Shown in pieces: positions 40,772 through 51,589 of a DNA stretch of 64,000 nucleotides. Position numbers and translations under genes: made by a program. Positions within the stretch are counted from its first letter, which is position 1. Every line of letters starts with the position of its first letter. A model generated the notes under the pieces. It saw nothing but the letters and a program-made list of their open reading frames with translations. It was not told where the DNA came from and made no database searches. This DNA is from an uncultured Verrucomicrobiae bacterium. GTDB lineage: Bacteria; Verrucomicrobiota; Verrucomicrobiia; Chthoniobacterales; JAFAMB01. The stretch is taken from positions 1,024,001 through 1,088,000 of the forward strand of contig CAVXLD010000001.1 of NCBI GenBank assembly GCA_963762565.1, written 5' to 3'.

Positions 40772-42175
40772 ATGATTCGGTTTCTTAATAGCCTTTCGCG
40801 AGAAGTAGAACCGTTCCAACCGCTCGATCCGGCCGGAAAAGTGGTTACGCTGTATACCTGCGGGCCGACGGTTTATTCGTTCGCCCATATCGGCAACTTC
40901 CGCACGTATCTGTTCGAAGACCTGCTGCAGCGGCATCTCGAAGCGAGGGGATACACCGTTATGCGGGTGATGAATATCACGGACGTCGACGATAAAACGA
41001 TCCGGAACAGCCGGACCGCCAATATTCCGTTAGCCGAGTTTACCAAAAAATTTACGACCGCGTTCTTCGAGGACACGCGGACTTTGCGGATTAAAGACGC
41101 TAACTTCTATCCCGCTGCTACCGACCAGGAAAACATCGCGGAAATGATCGCGATGATCGATTTCCTAGTTAAGAAGGAGGTCGCTTACCAAGCAGAAGAC
41201 GGATCCGTCTATTTTCGGATCAACCGGTTCCCAGACTACGGACATCTCGCTCATCTGGATCTAGATGAACTGCGCCCTTCCGGCCGGATCCAGAGCGATG
41301 AATATGAAAAGGAAAGTCTAGGCGATTTCGCGCTTTGGAAAGCCTGGGATGAGGCAGATGGCCCGGTTGGTTGGGATAGTCCTTGGGGTCGCGGACGCCC
41401 TGGCTGGCACATCGAGTGCAGCGCCATGGCGACTCGGATTCTTGGTCCTGAAATCGATATCCATTGCGGCGGAGTCGACAACCTGTTTCCTCATCACGAA
41501 GCGGAGATCGCTCAGTCAGAGAGTTGCACTGGGAAAAAGTTCGTCCGCTATTGGCTGCACAGTGCTCACCTCTTGGTCGAAGGCCAGAAGATGTCGAAAT
41601 CTCTCGGCAACTTCTACACGATCCGCGATTTGATCGCCCGCGGTTTCACCGGACGGGAAATCCGCTACGCCCTACTCCGCGTGAATTACCGGCTCCAACT
41701 GAACTTCACTTTTGATGGCATGGTCGAAGCGCGCCAGTCGCTGTTACGCCTCGATGAGTGGATTCAACGATTAGGCGATCTCGCGGGCAACGCGCTTCCG
41801 GAGAAGGAGTATGCGCCTGCCAACTCTGATTCCTTTTTTGCGGCCCTAGACGATGACCTGAACATTTCGGCAGCACTAGCAGAGCTGTTCAAACAGATCA
41901 GGACAACCAACCAGCTAATGGATGCGAACGAACTCCAGCCAAGCCAGGCGGCTGCTCTTTTGCAATGGTGGGAGAATGTCAACCAGGTGCTTCAAGTCCA
42001 CTCTGACCAAGAAGTCGTTCCGCCTGAAGTCCAGGAATTAGTGAAACAGCGAGCCGAAGCCAGAGCCGCGAAAGGCTGGCAACAAAGCGACGCGCTCCGT
42101 CAGAAGATCGCCGAACTGGGTTGGACAGTAAAGGATACGAAGGACGGCCAAAAGGTGACTAAAACAGTGAAGTAG
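40772..42175 (+). CDS. cysS: Cysteine--tRNA ligase
   Basis: CGPTVY, HIGN, GRPGWHIEC, FPHHE and KMSKS motifs. Confidence 0.97.
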   Translation: MIRFLNSLSREVEPFQPLDPAGKVVTLYTCGPTVYSFAHIGNFRTYLFEDLLQRHLEARGYTVMRVMNITDVDDKTIRNSRTANIPLAEFTKKFTTAFFEDTRTLRIKDANFYPAATDQENIAEMIAMIDFLVKKEVAYQAEDGSVYFRINRFPDYGHLAHLDLDELRPSGRIQSDEYEKESLGDFALWKAWDEADGPVGWDSPWGRGRPGWHIECSAMATRILGPEIDIHCGGVDNLFPHHEAEIAQSESCTGKKFVRYWLHSAHLLVEGQKMSKSLGNFYTIRDLIARGFTGREIRYALLRVNYRLQLNFTFDGMVEARQSLLRLDEWIQRLGDLAGNALPEKEYAPANSDSFFAALDDDLNISAALAELFKQIRTTNQLMDANELQPSQAAALLQWWENVNQVLQVHSDQEVVPPEVQELVKQRAEARAAKGWQQSDALRQKIAELGWTVKDTKDGQKVTKTVK

Positions 42176-42584
42176 TTCCCGGTTTACGGTTGTTTCTCTC
42201 GTCGTCGTCCTCGTCCTCGATTTGTGCGGGTAGCGCGTGCCTGGGTTCTGGGCGCGCCCAAACAAGAAGGCGTGGCACGGATGGGACCTATGAGACCAAT
42301 GGGACGTATGGGAGTACGCGCTTTGCCCAAACACGAAAGACGAACCTTTCACTTTTCACTTCTCACTTTTCACCATTGGTTATCTCGCCGCCTCATTGAT
42401 CCTGAATCCGTCTCGAAGCATTTTGCCACGCAGCTCGAGATTCGGGTTAAAAGCCGGCGCGGCTGGCAATTTCCATGGACCAGTTTGGTCTCCCTTGACC
42501 GGCACCTAGACGTGAGGCCAGAGAAAGTCACTCGAGGAGCCAGTTCGGGAGGTGCACCGACAAAGTTCGGAAACGACCTGATCA

Positions 42585-42720
42585 GCAGTCCCATTCCAAT
42601 GCCCTGAGGCCTCGTAGTATAGAAGGCATCGAAAAGACGGTTGAGAGCGCTCGGATCCATACCTGCACCCGAATCTCGTACTGCGATCAATACATGGGTT
42701 CGTGCAGCGCCAGCCGAGCT
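42585..42720 (-). pseudogene. Histidine kinase HATPase_c fragment
   Basis: IAVRDSGAGM...LFDAFYTTRPQGIGMGL (G1, F and G2 boxes) only; flanks are unrelated. Confidence 0.7.
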
Positions 42721-42871
42721 TTCACTAGCGAACTTGCCTTTGTTCGCTTCATCGGGAATCTCAGGTTACCTACAACTCTCCCAAAGCCGAAAGGAAGTCG
42801 TCTTTTGGCTCTCGACCGTTGTACGGGTCAAGGCTTTGGACCGCAAAGGCCGCCACGTCAACGCCGTATTG

Positions 42872-44659
42872 CTACTTTTCGGGAATCGATTGACCGGACC
42901 TCATTAGCCATGGAGCCTCGCCGGCACGACGAATGCGAAATCCATCACGCAGTCCCTGGCCGCGTAACTCCAATCGCGGATCGAAGCGGTTCGCATCAGT
43001 AGCGGGCAATGGCGCATCATATATTTGGTTTGTTGTCTTAGGGATCCAGACTTTCAGTCCAGAATAAGCCTCGACCTGAATCATTTCAGCCTGACCCGAA
43101 TAATTCGGTATATTCTTATGTTTTTGATAAAGTTCAGGGAGCCCTGCAGTTAGCGCGTAAACAGACAATCCAGCGATTGCGCAGCCGATCATCCAGGCCG
43201 TGGTCCCCTGCATGTCAGCTGCGATGAGGGCGGCCAGAGCGATTGTCACGCCGACCAGCCATACGACGCCATCATTGAATCTCGGGTCAGGAGCAGTGAA
43301 AAACCAGAACGGCAAAGAAAATGCAAGCGGAACACCAAATAGGCCAACATTTGCGTATACCGTCGGTTCCAATCTTTTCTTCCTAGCGAGGAGAAACGCA
43401 AAAACGCCCACAGTAGAGAGCACCGCAGATTCGACAAAAATTGGATTTTTAGTAAGCGTGAGCAACCAGGGACCGATCCAGTCAGCACGCCCCAAAACCC
43501 CAACGTAGGACACGAATGGTAAGCGTGCCCAGCCGTAGACCCAGTCACGCTCATCCCTTACTGTCGCCTCTGGCACTGTCCAATCGAACGGCAACTTGCC
43601 GATGGTCGCTGGGAAAAACGGATATCCGCTTGTCAGATAGCCTCGCCAGAGCCATGGCAGAACGAGAAGTCCATAGCTTAAGAGAATCATCGCTATCAAC
43701 CTAAAGTGATTCGGTTCGCGCGCTATGTCTCCCGTCTGCTGCGCCGAAGAACGGACCATCCCAGCTGATTTCCAAGCTTTCCATGTCACCACCGCAAACA
43801 CCCCAGCTGCGAAAGCGGCATAACTAAGCTTCAGCTCTGCTGCCACGGCAGCACAGGCTACTGGCAAGATATAGTCCTTTGGTTCCAAATCTAGAGCATT
43901 GGAAGAGCAGACCCGCCAAAAGAACCAGGCTGACAAGAGAACCACCACAGTTGCTGCAAAATCCGGGTTGGGCGACGACAGACAATCTGATACCGATAGA
44001 ACAACCAATTTAGGTAATAACAGAAGACTGAGCCAGGCAGTCGAGTTGACCCTGTTAGCATCGGCATGTGTCAAAAAGGACTGAGAAACGTTAGCCGCGA
44101 GGATGGCGAAAATTATCGAATTGGCGAACTGCCGCGAGACCTCAACAGAAAATGGCCACGAGAGGAATGCAGCGAATGGAAACATCGCCGTGTTGAAGCC
44201 GAGGCGAGTGTAAAGGTTCGCCAGGCCCGGGACCGAACCATATTCCGCTGCCCAACGAACCGCATTAAAATGGTAAAGACCTATGTCGTAGCATGTCGCC
44301 AGATTTAGCGCATTTGCTGCAACTATCGGTGACGTTGCGCAGCAAATGATTAATCCTGAAAAGTTGGTGTGTTGGCAAACGGATTTCCAAGTCTGGTACA
44401 GACTTCTTCGTCGGGCAATCGCAATAAGTAGCAACCCAAGCGTTAGCCACCCAAACGCCCCGTGCCCTACACCGCCAAGGAAGCTAGCGAGTATCGAGAA
44501 AACAGAGATTATCGCTAGACCGACCGCACCTACCTCAGGTGCCTTCCATCGTGCCCGCGGATTGACTGTAGCCACAGCCACTAGTCCGGCAAAAAAAAGC
44601 AGGGACAAATAAACGGACAGAACGACCGCGGACTCGAATAGCAACACTGGTTTTGCCAT
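42872..44659 (-). CDS. Polytopic membrane protein (LIC_10190-like, possibly GT-C-like)
   Basis: Many TM segments; YDIGLYH...GLANLYTRLGFN, SSPNPD, SGYPFFP and APDPRF motifs. Confidence 0.65.
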   Translation of the reverse strand: MAKPVLLFESAVVLSVYLSLLFFAGLVAVATVNPRARWKAPEVGAVGLAIISVFSILASFLGGVGHGAFGWLTLGLLLIAIARRRSLYQTWKSVCQHTNFSGLIICCATSPIVAANALNLATCYDIGLYHFNAVRWAAEYGSVPGLANLYTRLGFNTAMFPFAAFLSWPFSVEVSRQFANSIIFAILAANVSQSFLTHADANRVNSTAWLSLLLLPKLVVLSVSDCLSSPNPDFAATVVVLLSAWFFWRVCSSNALDLEPKDYILPVACAAVAAELKLSYAAFAAGVFAVVTWKAWKSAGMVRSSAQQTGDIAREPNHFRLIAMILLSYGLLVLPWLWRGYLTSGYPFFPATIGKLPFDWTVPEATVRDERDWVYGWARLPFVSYVGVLGRADWIGPWLLTLTKNPIFVESAVLSTVGVFAFLLARKKRLEPTVYANVGLFGVPLAFSLPFWFFTAPDPRFNDGVVWLVGVTIALAALIAADMQGTTAWMIGCAIAGLSVYALTAGLPELYQKHKNIPNYSGQAEMIQVEAYSGLKVWIPKTTNQIYDAPLPATDANRFDPRLELRGQGLRDGFRIRRAGEAPWLMRSGQSIPEK

Positions 44660-45044
44660 TCACGAGACTGCCTAAGAGCAAGGTGCGAAACAAGTCAATT
44701 CGGCAGCCAGAATCCGTTGAACTACGGGGACGGGTGCTGCGCGCATGAACAATAGCCAATAGCCGATAGCAAAGTGCGTCGCGTTGCCGGAACAATAGCG
44801 GGCGCTCCGCGCATAATCAATAGCCGATAGTCCTTACGATCGACGGATCGAAGTATTTCACCACGGATCAGAAGCTTGTGTGTTCGAGTCACGCCGGGTC
44901 CATGATTGAATACCAACGAGCTGCAAATTGATCGCGATGCGAATGTGGAAATCGACTCGGCCATTTTTTTGAATGCGCTGAGTTCCTGTCCGGGATTTGA
45001 TTTAAGCATACTCTTTATACGCGCACGATCACTGAAAAACGTGC

Positions 45045-45086
45045 CTCTTAATCACTGAGTTGTGGGTTCGATTCCTGCACGGTGCA
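45045..45086 (+). other. 3' half-tRNA remnant (Lys-CTT-like), att-site relic
   Basis: CTCTTAA anticodon loop, T-arm GTGGG-TTCGATT-CCTGC and acceptor 3' strand ACGGTGCA; no 5' half upstream. Confidence 0.65.
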
Positions 45087-45428
45087 AATTAAGTTCCAGC
45101 TTGACCAAGCCAAGGAATATCGAAACTCGTCGACACGAATAAGCCAGGCAAAAAAAACGACGCTAGGCTCAAAGTGGATCGAGTGCCTGACGGCAGAAAG
45201 CTAGCCGCGACCCAACCTACGAGCCCAAGCTCCACCATCAGAATCAGTAAAACTGCTAAGCTCTCAGCGACAGGTGCGTAGTGCGAGATGATCGATGCCA
45301 GGGACGGCGCTAAAAGCATGCCGGAGAGCTTTCTGGTAGCCGAATCGCTTTGTCAAGGCGCGCTCGGGATGCGCTAAGCAATAACAAATGCTAGCGCTTT
45401 TATGATTGATAAGGGCTATGATTTGCTG

Positions 45429-46115
45429 ATGACCTTCCCCGCGGCAAGTTTCTTGGATCTCTCAAAGACGGAACACGCTGCGTTGTTTCAAGAATCGATG
45501 CCGGTATGGGAACCGCTGAAGCAGATCGGTGATTATCTGCAACGTTTCCTTCAACCGAAGATGAACGGAGTAATACTCGGCGCTCCTTACATCGGAGACC
45601 GGGTTTTCATCGGTGCGGGCACCGTTATCGAGAATGGAGCCACTCTGCTGGGTCCGGCCTGGATAGGAAGTGATTGCCGGATTCGGTCAGGTTGTTACAT
45701 CCGTGAGAACGTGATCGTCGGAAACGGAGTGGTGCTGGGTAATTCTTGCGAATTCAAAAACTGCATTGTGTTTGATGAAGCCCAGATTCCGCATTTCAAC
45801 TACGTCGGCGACTCAATCCTTGGCTACAAAGCACATGTCGCCGCCGGCGTTATCCTTTCGAATGTCCGCCTGGATCGAGCAGAAATATCGGTCAAATATC
45901 AGGCGAACAAGATCCCTACCGGATTAAAAAAGTTCGGCGCCATTATCGGTGACAAAGCTGAGATCGGTTGCAACGCCGTAATCAGCCCAGGTTCAATCAT
46001 CGGTCGTGGTTCTCTGATCTACCCTCTAACTCATTTCAGCGGCGTCTTGGCCGAAAATACGATCCTGCAGAACCACCAAAATCTGCGTATCATTCCGCGG
46101 GACTTGTTAGGATAA
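45429..46115 (+). CDS. LbH hexapeptide-repeat acyltransferase (GlmU C-terminal-like)
   Basis: Hexapeptide repeats; PHFNYVGDS and KFGAIIGD motifs. Confidence 0.85.
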   Translation: MTFPAASFLDLSKTEHAALFQESMPVWEPLKQIGDYLQRFLQPKMNGVILGAPYIGDRVFIGAGTVIENGATLLGPAWIGSDCRIRSGCYIRENVIVGNGVVLGNSCEFKNCIVFDEAQIPHFNYVGDSILGYKAHVAAGVILSNVRLDRAEISVKYQANKIPTGLKKFGAIIGDKAEIGCNAVISPGSIIGRGSLIYPLTHFSGVLAENTILQNHQNLRIIPRDLLG

Positions 46116-46297
46116 GAAGCGTTTAGAGCTTCTCCAATCGTCCTCGTCCTCGAAACCAAACGTAACCGGAGCCGCCGAAGCCCCGCACCCCCCGGCACCG
46201 AGGATAGAACCACCGCGCTCATAAATCATATAGGTCGTATAGGTCCCATAAGTCCTATCCGTGCCCTCGCCCCTGACCCCATCGAGCCCGAGCACAG

Positions 46298-46360
46298 CCT
46301 GCCGCGCCGCAGGCTTGGCGGAGGCGGGGCCTGCCGCGCCGTAGGCTTGGCGGAGGCGGG
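46298..46360. repeat. Tandem dimer of the ~31-bp element CCTGCCGCGCCG(C/T)AGGCTTGGCGGAGGCGGG
   Basis: Copies at 46298-46328 and 46330-46360; single copies at 8660, 15312, 31401, 61331 and 62615. Confidence 0.85.
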
Positions 46361-46381
46361 AGCAAGAATAACACCCCCCTC

Positions 46382-47479
46382 TCATCGAACGCCCTTCGTC
46401 TTCAGCAGCCCCTCATACACCTCTTCAATCCTCTGCATCTGGCGTTCAGGAGAAAACTCCCGCTCCATCAGCCGTTCAGCCGCTGAACACATCTCTTCAA
46501 TTCGATCAGATGAATTCAACAAGGAGTGAACGGCCTCCGCCCATTGCATCTCATCGGCTTCAGGAGGCAAAAGTAACGCCTCGGATTCGAGCCGGCTACG
46601 TTCGGCATTATTACTCACGATAGCCGCCGGTACTCGGTGCGAAAACGCCTCCAGAACCACCATCGGAAGATCTTCCCAATCAGAAGTGAGGACTAACAGT
46701 GCAATCTCCGCGAAAAAACCGTCGAGATTAGGAAGGACGCCAGGCCACACGATTCGTTCGGCTAAACCCAGCTGCTGAGCCTCGCTTTTTAGCTCTTCCG
46801 CCAACGGTCCATCGCCAGCGAGGATGAATCGGTAATTAGGATCTAACTTGCTCAGCTGGGCCGCCAATCTGAGGAACTTGGAAAAGTTCTTCCAGTCTAC
46901 AAGCCGCCCAGCTGCGCCGATCAGTTTGTGCTTTGGACGCCGGATAATCTCGCGAGGCCGAGCCACCGCGTTTTTCAAGACCAAGACCTTTTCGATCGGA
47001 ATTTTTTCCCGTTGGACCAGCTGGTCTTTGATAACCCGGGAAATTACTAGAATAGCATCGGCACACCGATTGGCTAAACCATCCCACCAGCGAACCGGCG
47101 CCCAGTCAAAGCGAAATCGGTCGTAAGAATGATCGTGAGAAATAACGACGGGCACTCCGAAAAGCTTCGCCAACATTTTCCCGGTCCAATTCGAAACAAA
47201 CAAATGACAATGAATGATATCAAACCGCCGGGAAGCAATTAACCATGGCAACGTCAAACCGTAAGCCGGCAACCATCTAGACGGAGATAGACAGATAACT
47301 TCACAGCCGAGCGCTTGCATGCGCGGAAGAAATACGCTTCGGTTGTTGCCGTGAAGTGCGGCCACAACCACTTCAAACCTAGCCTGGTCTCGTGACGCCA
47401 GAAACTGGCATATCGCGGTTTGCGCTCCGCCCAAATCAAAGCTGTCAATCAGATGAAGAACGCGAATTCTACGGTCCAT
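46382..47479 (-). CDS. Glycosyltransferase family 4
   Basis: LGGAQ, DIIHCH, GRL..WK, GDGP and EDLPMVVLEA motifs. Confidence 0.9.
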   Translation of the reverse strand: MDRRIRVLHLIDSFDLGGAQTAICQFLASRDQARFEVVVAALHGNNRSVFLPRMQALGCEVICLSPSRWLPAYGLTLPWLIASRRFDIIHCHLFVSNWTGKMLAKLFGVPVVISHDHSYDRFRFDWAPVRWWDGLANRCADAILVISRVIKDQLVQREKIPIEKVLVLKNAVARPREIIRRPKHKLIGAAGRLVDWKNFSKFLRLAAQLSKLDPNYRFILAGDGPLAEELKSEAQQLGLAERIVWPGVLPNLDGFFAEIALLVLTSDWEDLPMVVLEAFSHRVPAAIVSNNAERSRLESEALLLPPEADEMQWAEAVHSLLNSSDRIEEMCSAAERLMEREFSPERQMQRIEEVYEGLLKTKGVR

Positions 47480-48404
47480 GCTCCGCTCGGAAGAGACGAT
47501 AGTAGGTGCGGATGCGGCGACCGATCGCGAGCAGCCCCAAACGAAACAGAGTAAACGGCAAACGCGGATCCTGTCGAAACGCCGGCAAAAAAATTCCGGC
47601 TGCAGAGCCCAACCTGCGTTTCAAAACCTGAATCATCACGTCCGTAGATACGCATTCTCGGCGCCATTGTCCTAAAATTTTGCGTTGTTCATCCGTAATA
47701 TTTGGCTTCGCCAATAAATTCGCGACCAATGCTAAACCTTCGTGTTGAGCCTTAGACAATGTGGTGTTCCCCGCATTCATAGTCAGGGAGCCGTCATGCC
47801 ACCGATAGCGGTAAACAATGTTTGCCACAGGCGCGTCCGGTATATTCGCCAGAGCAGCTCGCATCAACAGATCGCGGTCCGAGGCAATAGCATACGCGAG
47901 ATCGAAGCGACCAACTTTATCGAAAACCGAGCGCCGAAATATTCGCGCGTTAATGTTCGGGAAGCCCAGGGTCACGTTCCGAAAGCTAAGCTGGTTTTGC
48001 TTAGGATTGTCATAGCAGTGCATTTTGATTTCCCGGCCTGCATCGGTCTGCCGGAAGATCTCGCACCCGCCCGAAATAATTTGCGTTCCTAACGCGTTCT
48101 CGAAAATCTTTCGGGCTAAGGCCAGCGTTCCCGGGGTCAACAAGTCGTCACTGTTGAGAAAGATCACTGCGTCCCCAGTGGCGCGCTCCAACCCTTTGTT
48201 GAATGCATCGTACACCCCACGATCCTGCTCGGATAGCACTCGGAGATGAGGATAACCGCGCACGATATCGAGCGTTTTATCCTTGGAACCACCATCGATT
48301 ATCCAATGCTCAACGTCGTCGTATTTCTGGGCCAGAACACTTTCGATCGCTTCTGCGATGAAGTTCTCCCGATTCAAACAAGGGGTAATGACGGTGAATC
48401 GCAT
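47469..48404 (-). CDS. Glycosyltransferase family 2
   Basis: VITPCLN, IDGGSKD, DRGVYDAFNKG and FLNSDD motifs. Confidence 0.9.
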   Translation of the reverse strand: MRFTVITPCLNRENFIAEAIESVLAQKYDDVEHWIIDGGSKDKTLDIVRGYPHLRVLSEQDRGVYDAFNKGLERATGDAVIFLNSDDLLTPGTLALARKIFENALGTQIISGGCEIFRQTDAGREIKMHCYDNPKQNQLSFRNVTLGFPNINARIFRRSVFDKVGRFDLAYAIASDRDLLMRAALANIPDAPVANIVYRYRWHDGSLTMNAGNTTLSKAQHEGLALVANLLAKPNITDEQRKILGQWRRECVSTDVMIQVLKRRLGSAAGIFLPAFRQDPRLPFTLFRLGLLAIGRRIRTYYRLFRAEHGP

Positions 48405-48443
48405 TCAACCCGGCACGCTAACTCGCCTTAGGCTCGTCAGCGA

Positions 48444-48533
48444 ATAGCAAATAGCAGATAGCAAATGTGACCCCGAACGGCCAAGCGGTGTTCACGGCAT
48501 CAATTTGCTATCTGCTATTTGCTATTTGCTATT
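48444..48533. repeat. Inverted heptamer arms (ATAGCAR)n...(YTGCTAT)n
   Basis: Read directly; solo right arm at ~30316. Confidence 0.85.
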
Positions 48534-48600
48534 CCGAACGAGCCCGGCGGCTGCCCATGCGCGTCAACATAAGGGCCCAGGCGTTGGCCGGCCCCTGACC

Positions 48601-48722
48601 GGGAGGGCGCGCGTCCTCGCGCGCCGCAAAGACGTGCCAAGCTTACAGACGTATTCCGATCACTCGATCGACAAACACGCTCGGCTTCGGGAACAACGGA
48701 TCGCGGGGACGCGATCCCTCCC
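48601..48722. repeat. Family B element
   Basis: gggagggcgcgcgtcctcgcgcgccg ... ggatcgcggggacgcgatccctccc. Confidence 0.85.
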
Positions 48723-48762
48723 AGCGCCGGGTCCGGCACGTGCCTAGCAGCTGCCGGACGAG

Positions 48763-49311
48763 TTAGGCCTTGCTCGGAATCATTCCGCTCTGCCGAGCAT
48801 AATTGAAGATTCCGCCGGCTTCGATCACCGGACGAACATCGCCCATCGGCTTTAAAGTAAAGACTCGATCGCCCACCGTGAGCGTATCGTTGTCAAAATC
48901 GAGAGTGGCGATATCACCGGTGCGACAGACATCGATCAATCGTTCGCGCGTTTCGTAAGGATAAAGCTCACCGGTCGCAACGCTGTTTCGGAAAAAGATC
49001 CGGGCATAGGATTCAGCTACGACTGCCTCAACCCCGGCAGCTCCTAACGCAATAGGAGCGTGTTCCCGGGAACTACCACAGCCAAAATTTCTCCCGCCAA
49101 TGACAATCTTAAACTCTGCTTCGGTTCTCCCTTCCGGTATGAACCGCACCGGATATAACTCGTCCGGAAGGCCAACCATCGCATAGGAGCCGAGCTTCTT
49201 ATACTCTTCCTCAATGGTTGGTACCAAGGTCAGATACTGCGCGGGGATAATTTGGTCGGTATCGATGTTATCTCCGACTACATAAACTGGGCTGGTCACT
49301 ACTTTAGCCAT
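48763..49311 (-). CDS. leuD: 3-isopropylmalate dehydratase small subunit
   Basis: DNIDTDQIIPA, NFGCGSSREHA and SYARIFFRN motifs. Confidence 0.92.
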   Translation of the reverse strand: MAKVVTSPVYVVGDNIDTDQIIPAQYLTLVPTIEEEYKKLGSYAMVGLPDELYPVRFIPEGRTEAEFKIVIGGRNFGCGSSREHAPIALGAAGVEAVVAESYARIFFRNSVATGELYPYETRERLIDVCRTGDIATLDFDNDTLTVGDRVFTLKPMGDVRPVIEAGGIFNYARQSGMIPSKA

Positions 49312-49332
49312 TGTACAATTACGAAACGGATC

Positions 49333-49560
49333 TCACCACGGAGACACAGAGAACACGGAGAGGTGAATCATCCGCAGATTACACAGATTACGCAGATTTC
49401 GTTTTGAAGCCGATCATAGCCTGCAGTCAAAGTGAGCCGCGGCAAACCCTAAGATGTCTTTAACACACCGGCGATCCTCAACCTTGAACCGTAATCTGTG
49501 TAATCTGCGTAATCTGCGGATTTTTTATTCCTCTGTGTTTTCTGTGTGTCTGTGGTGCGA
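49333..49560. repeat. Composite inverted nonamer arms (CACAGAG..)n(CGCAGATTA)n ... mirrored
   Basis: Same architecture at 61277-61550 and 63326-63508. Confidence 0.85.
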
Positions 49561-49566
49561 ATTTCT

Positions 49567-50192
49567 TAGCTCCAAAACTCGCCCCATCAGATCCGATGTA
49601 CCGATTACCGAGAGTATAACGTCCTTAGCCACACCCTAGGTGGTATCTCACCTTCCAAATAGAACCTTATCGGCTCCGGCCCTTGATCAGCCCTTCCAGT
49701 CCGAGAAAAATCCTGCGTCCGTGTTCCTGATACCAGGTTCACCGGACGCATTCCCAACCGGGCAAACGGTATCACACGACCTCGCCCGGGCGCGCACGCC
49801 ACACGGGGCAGTTATCCGCATGGCATCACCTTGGCAGCAACTCCGTACTGGCCTTCAATGACCGATCTGGGTTTCCACTTCCATGTCTCCATTAATCCTC
49901 AACCACATCATAGAAGTAGGGTACCCTGCTCTTTCGCGAAATCGCGGAGAATGTCGACATTCCGATTCGAGAGCCGGTCAGAAGTGAAAATGTAGTGATC
50001 CGGGATAATCACGATTTTCGCGGGATCCCAAACCTTTGCCTCTTGTCCAAACTCACGCTTGAACACCCCAATACTCCCTGGCCCGCAGACATCGTGTGTC
50101 AGCAAAATGTCGGTCTCGACCCAAACATTATCACCGGGCTCAACCCGGGGTCGTCCGCTTGCGCGCGCCAAAATTTTCTCGGTCAACGTCAT
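49567..50192 (-). pseudogene. leuC: 3-isopropylmalate dehydratase large subunit, frameshifted and 3'-truncated
   Basis: MTLTEKILA, HDVCGPG and IIPDH are intact; then out-of-frame relics RPGEV, NTDAGF, RFYLEGE and AKDVIL; about half the expected length. Confidence 0.8.
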
Positions 50193-50364
50193 AGGAGAAG
50201 GAGCCAAGCTTTGCTCGACCCACCCTCGAGATCAAGTGGAAAACCACAAGTAACTTGTGGAAATGCAACTTTTGGAGCGTTGCCTCGCTTGCGAGGCCGA
50301 AGGGGTCGCCAATCAATCTTGACGTGATGGCCTTTGACCACTTTAGCGAACGCAAAAAACCGAC

Positions 50365-50544
50365 GGGGAGGGATCGCAGCCTGTCCGACATAGCCTTCTG
50401 TCGTGCGTCTTTTCTTCTCAGCGCTGGCGACGTCGGATCCTCGCGATCCGTTGTTCTCGAAGCCCACGACAGACCCAATCCAACGTCTGACTAGGCCCGA
50501 AGACGCAGACCTTTTCGCGGCGCGCGAGGACGCGCGCCCTCCCC
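50365..50544. repeat. Family B element carrying a 60-bp insert (50378-50437)
   Basis: The arm gggagggatcgc|tcctcgcgatccg is split by agcctgtccgacatagcc...ggcgacgtcgga. Confidence 0.8.
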
Positions 50545-50553
50545 AATCACCTT

Positions 50554-51588
50554 TCACTTTTCACCTTTCATCTCTGCCCCACCCGCATCCTTCGCAGGCA
50601 CCAAAACCGCCAACGCCCCCGGCCGTACGCCAAACCTGACCGGTGTCGTGCCAATCAACACTCCATCGATATGCACTTGCTGCCGAGTCCGGCAAAACAC
50701 CTCGAGGCGACGAGTTTCAAACGTCTCTACCTTCGGATGGAGCCGATAGGTACCTCGGCTGATCGACCAGAGATGAAGCGCGAGCTCACGCTTACTGAAG
50801 TCCCGGTAAACTGCGATGGTCAAAAGGCCGTCATCCATCTCCGCCCCGGGGCATACGGTAAGATTAGTTCCATAAAACGGCCCATTCGCGACCGCCAAAA
50901 ACGAGCATCGCAACCGAACTCGATTATTGGACTTTCGAAAGCGCCGTCTTCGACGCTGGAGCGGAACAGACCCTTTTTTGAAAGACGCCTGGTAGGCCTG
51001 GCTCACCGGCCGATCAAATTTCAGCTCAACGGAAATCTGATGATGAAGCAGCGCAGTTCGCAGCGCTTGGAAAATTGCTAGAAGACGCCCCCTCTTTATC
51101 TCTTCTCCAATAGGAAACATCTCGGCATCGACACCAACACCGGCTGCTTCGAAAAAGAGATTGTGCTCATCTGCAGTCCCAACATCAATCCGAGTTAAAA
51201 CTCCGCTCTGGACGACGGCACAAGCAGCCAACGGATCGGAGGCGAGTCCCAGACTCAACGCCAGGTTGTTGAATGTGCCGACCGGAATGATGGCCAACGG
51301 AATATCAGTGCCAACCAGTTCTGAAGCCACTAGCCGAACGGTGCCATCCCCACCGGCAACCAGCACGAGATCCGGCTGTTTAGCGAGCGCCTGCCTAATT
51401 GTATCCGGCTTTGTGTCCTCAGTCTCGATACCGTGCTCTTCAACCGCCGGGATTGAAGACGAAATTTGTTCCCGAACCGACGCCAGGATCTGCTCGGTAG
51501 CTTTCCCACTAAAGCGGTTGTGGAAGAAAACCGCGCGCCGGTAGCGAGGGGTGTTAGCGGCTGCGGGGGTGCTCATGGGGGCAATCAA
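50554..51588 (-). CDS. Diacylglycerol/lipid kinase family (YegS/BmrU-like)
   Basis: N..SG, GGDGT, PVGTFN, NGPFYG, DDGLL and IDG motifs. Confidence 0.88.
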   Translation of the reverse strand: MIAPMSTPAAANTPRYRRAVFFHNRFSGKATEQILASVREQISSSIPAVEEHGIETEDTKPDTIRQALAKQPDLVLVAGGDGTVRLVASELVGTDIPLAIIPVGTFNNLALSLGLASDPLAACAVVQSGVLTRIDVGTADEHNLFFEAAGVGVDAEMFPIGEEIKRGRLLAIFQALRTALLHHQISVELKFDRPVSQAYQASFKKGSVPLQRRRRRFRKSNNRVRLRCSFLAVANGPFYGTNLTVCPGAEMDDGLLTIAVYRDFSKRELALHLWSISRGTYRLHPKVETFETRRLEVFCRTRQQVHIDGVLIGTTPVRFGVRPGALAVLVPAKDAGGAEMKGEK

Positions 51589-51589
51589 T

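Noticed and set aside
45010..45090. Intact tRNA gene
   Set aside because: No D-arm or acceptor 5' strand, and the anticodon stem does not pair.
46298..46360. 31-bp direct repeats as a CRISPR array
   Set aside because: No spacers, copies are dispersed, and no cas genes are present.
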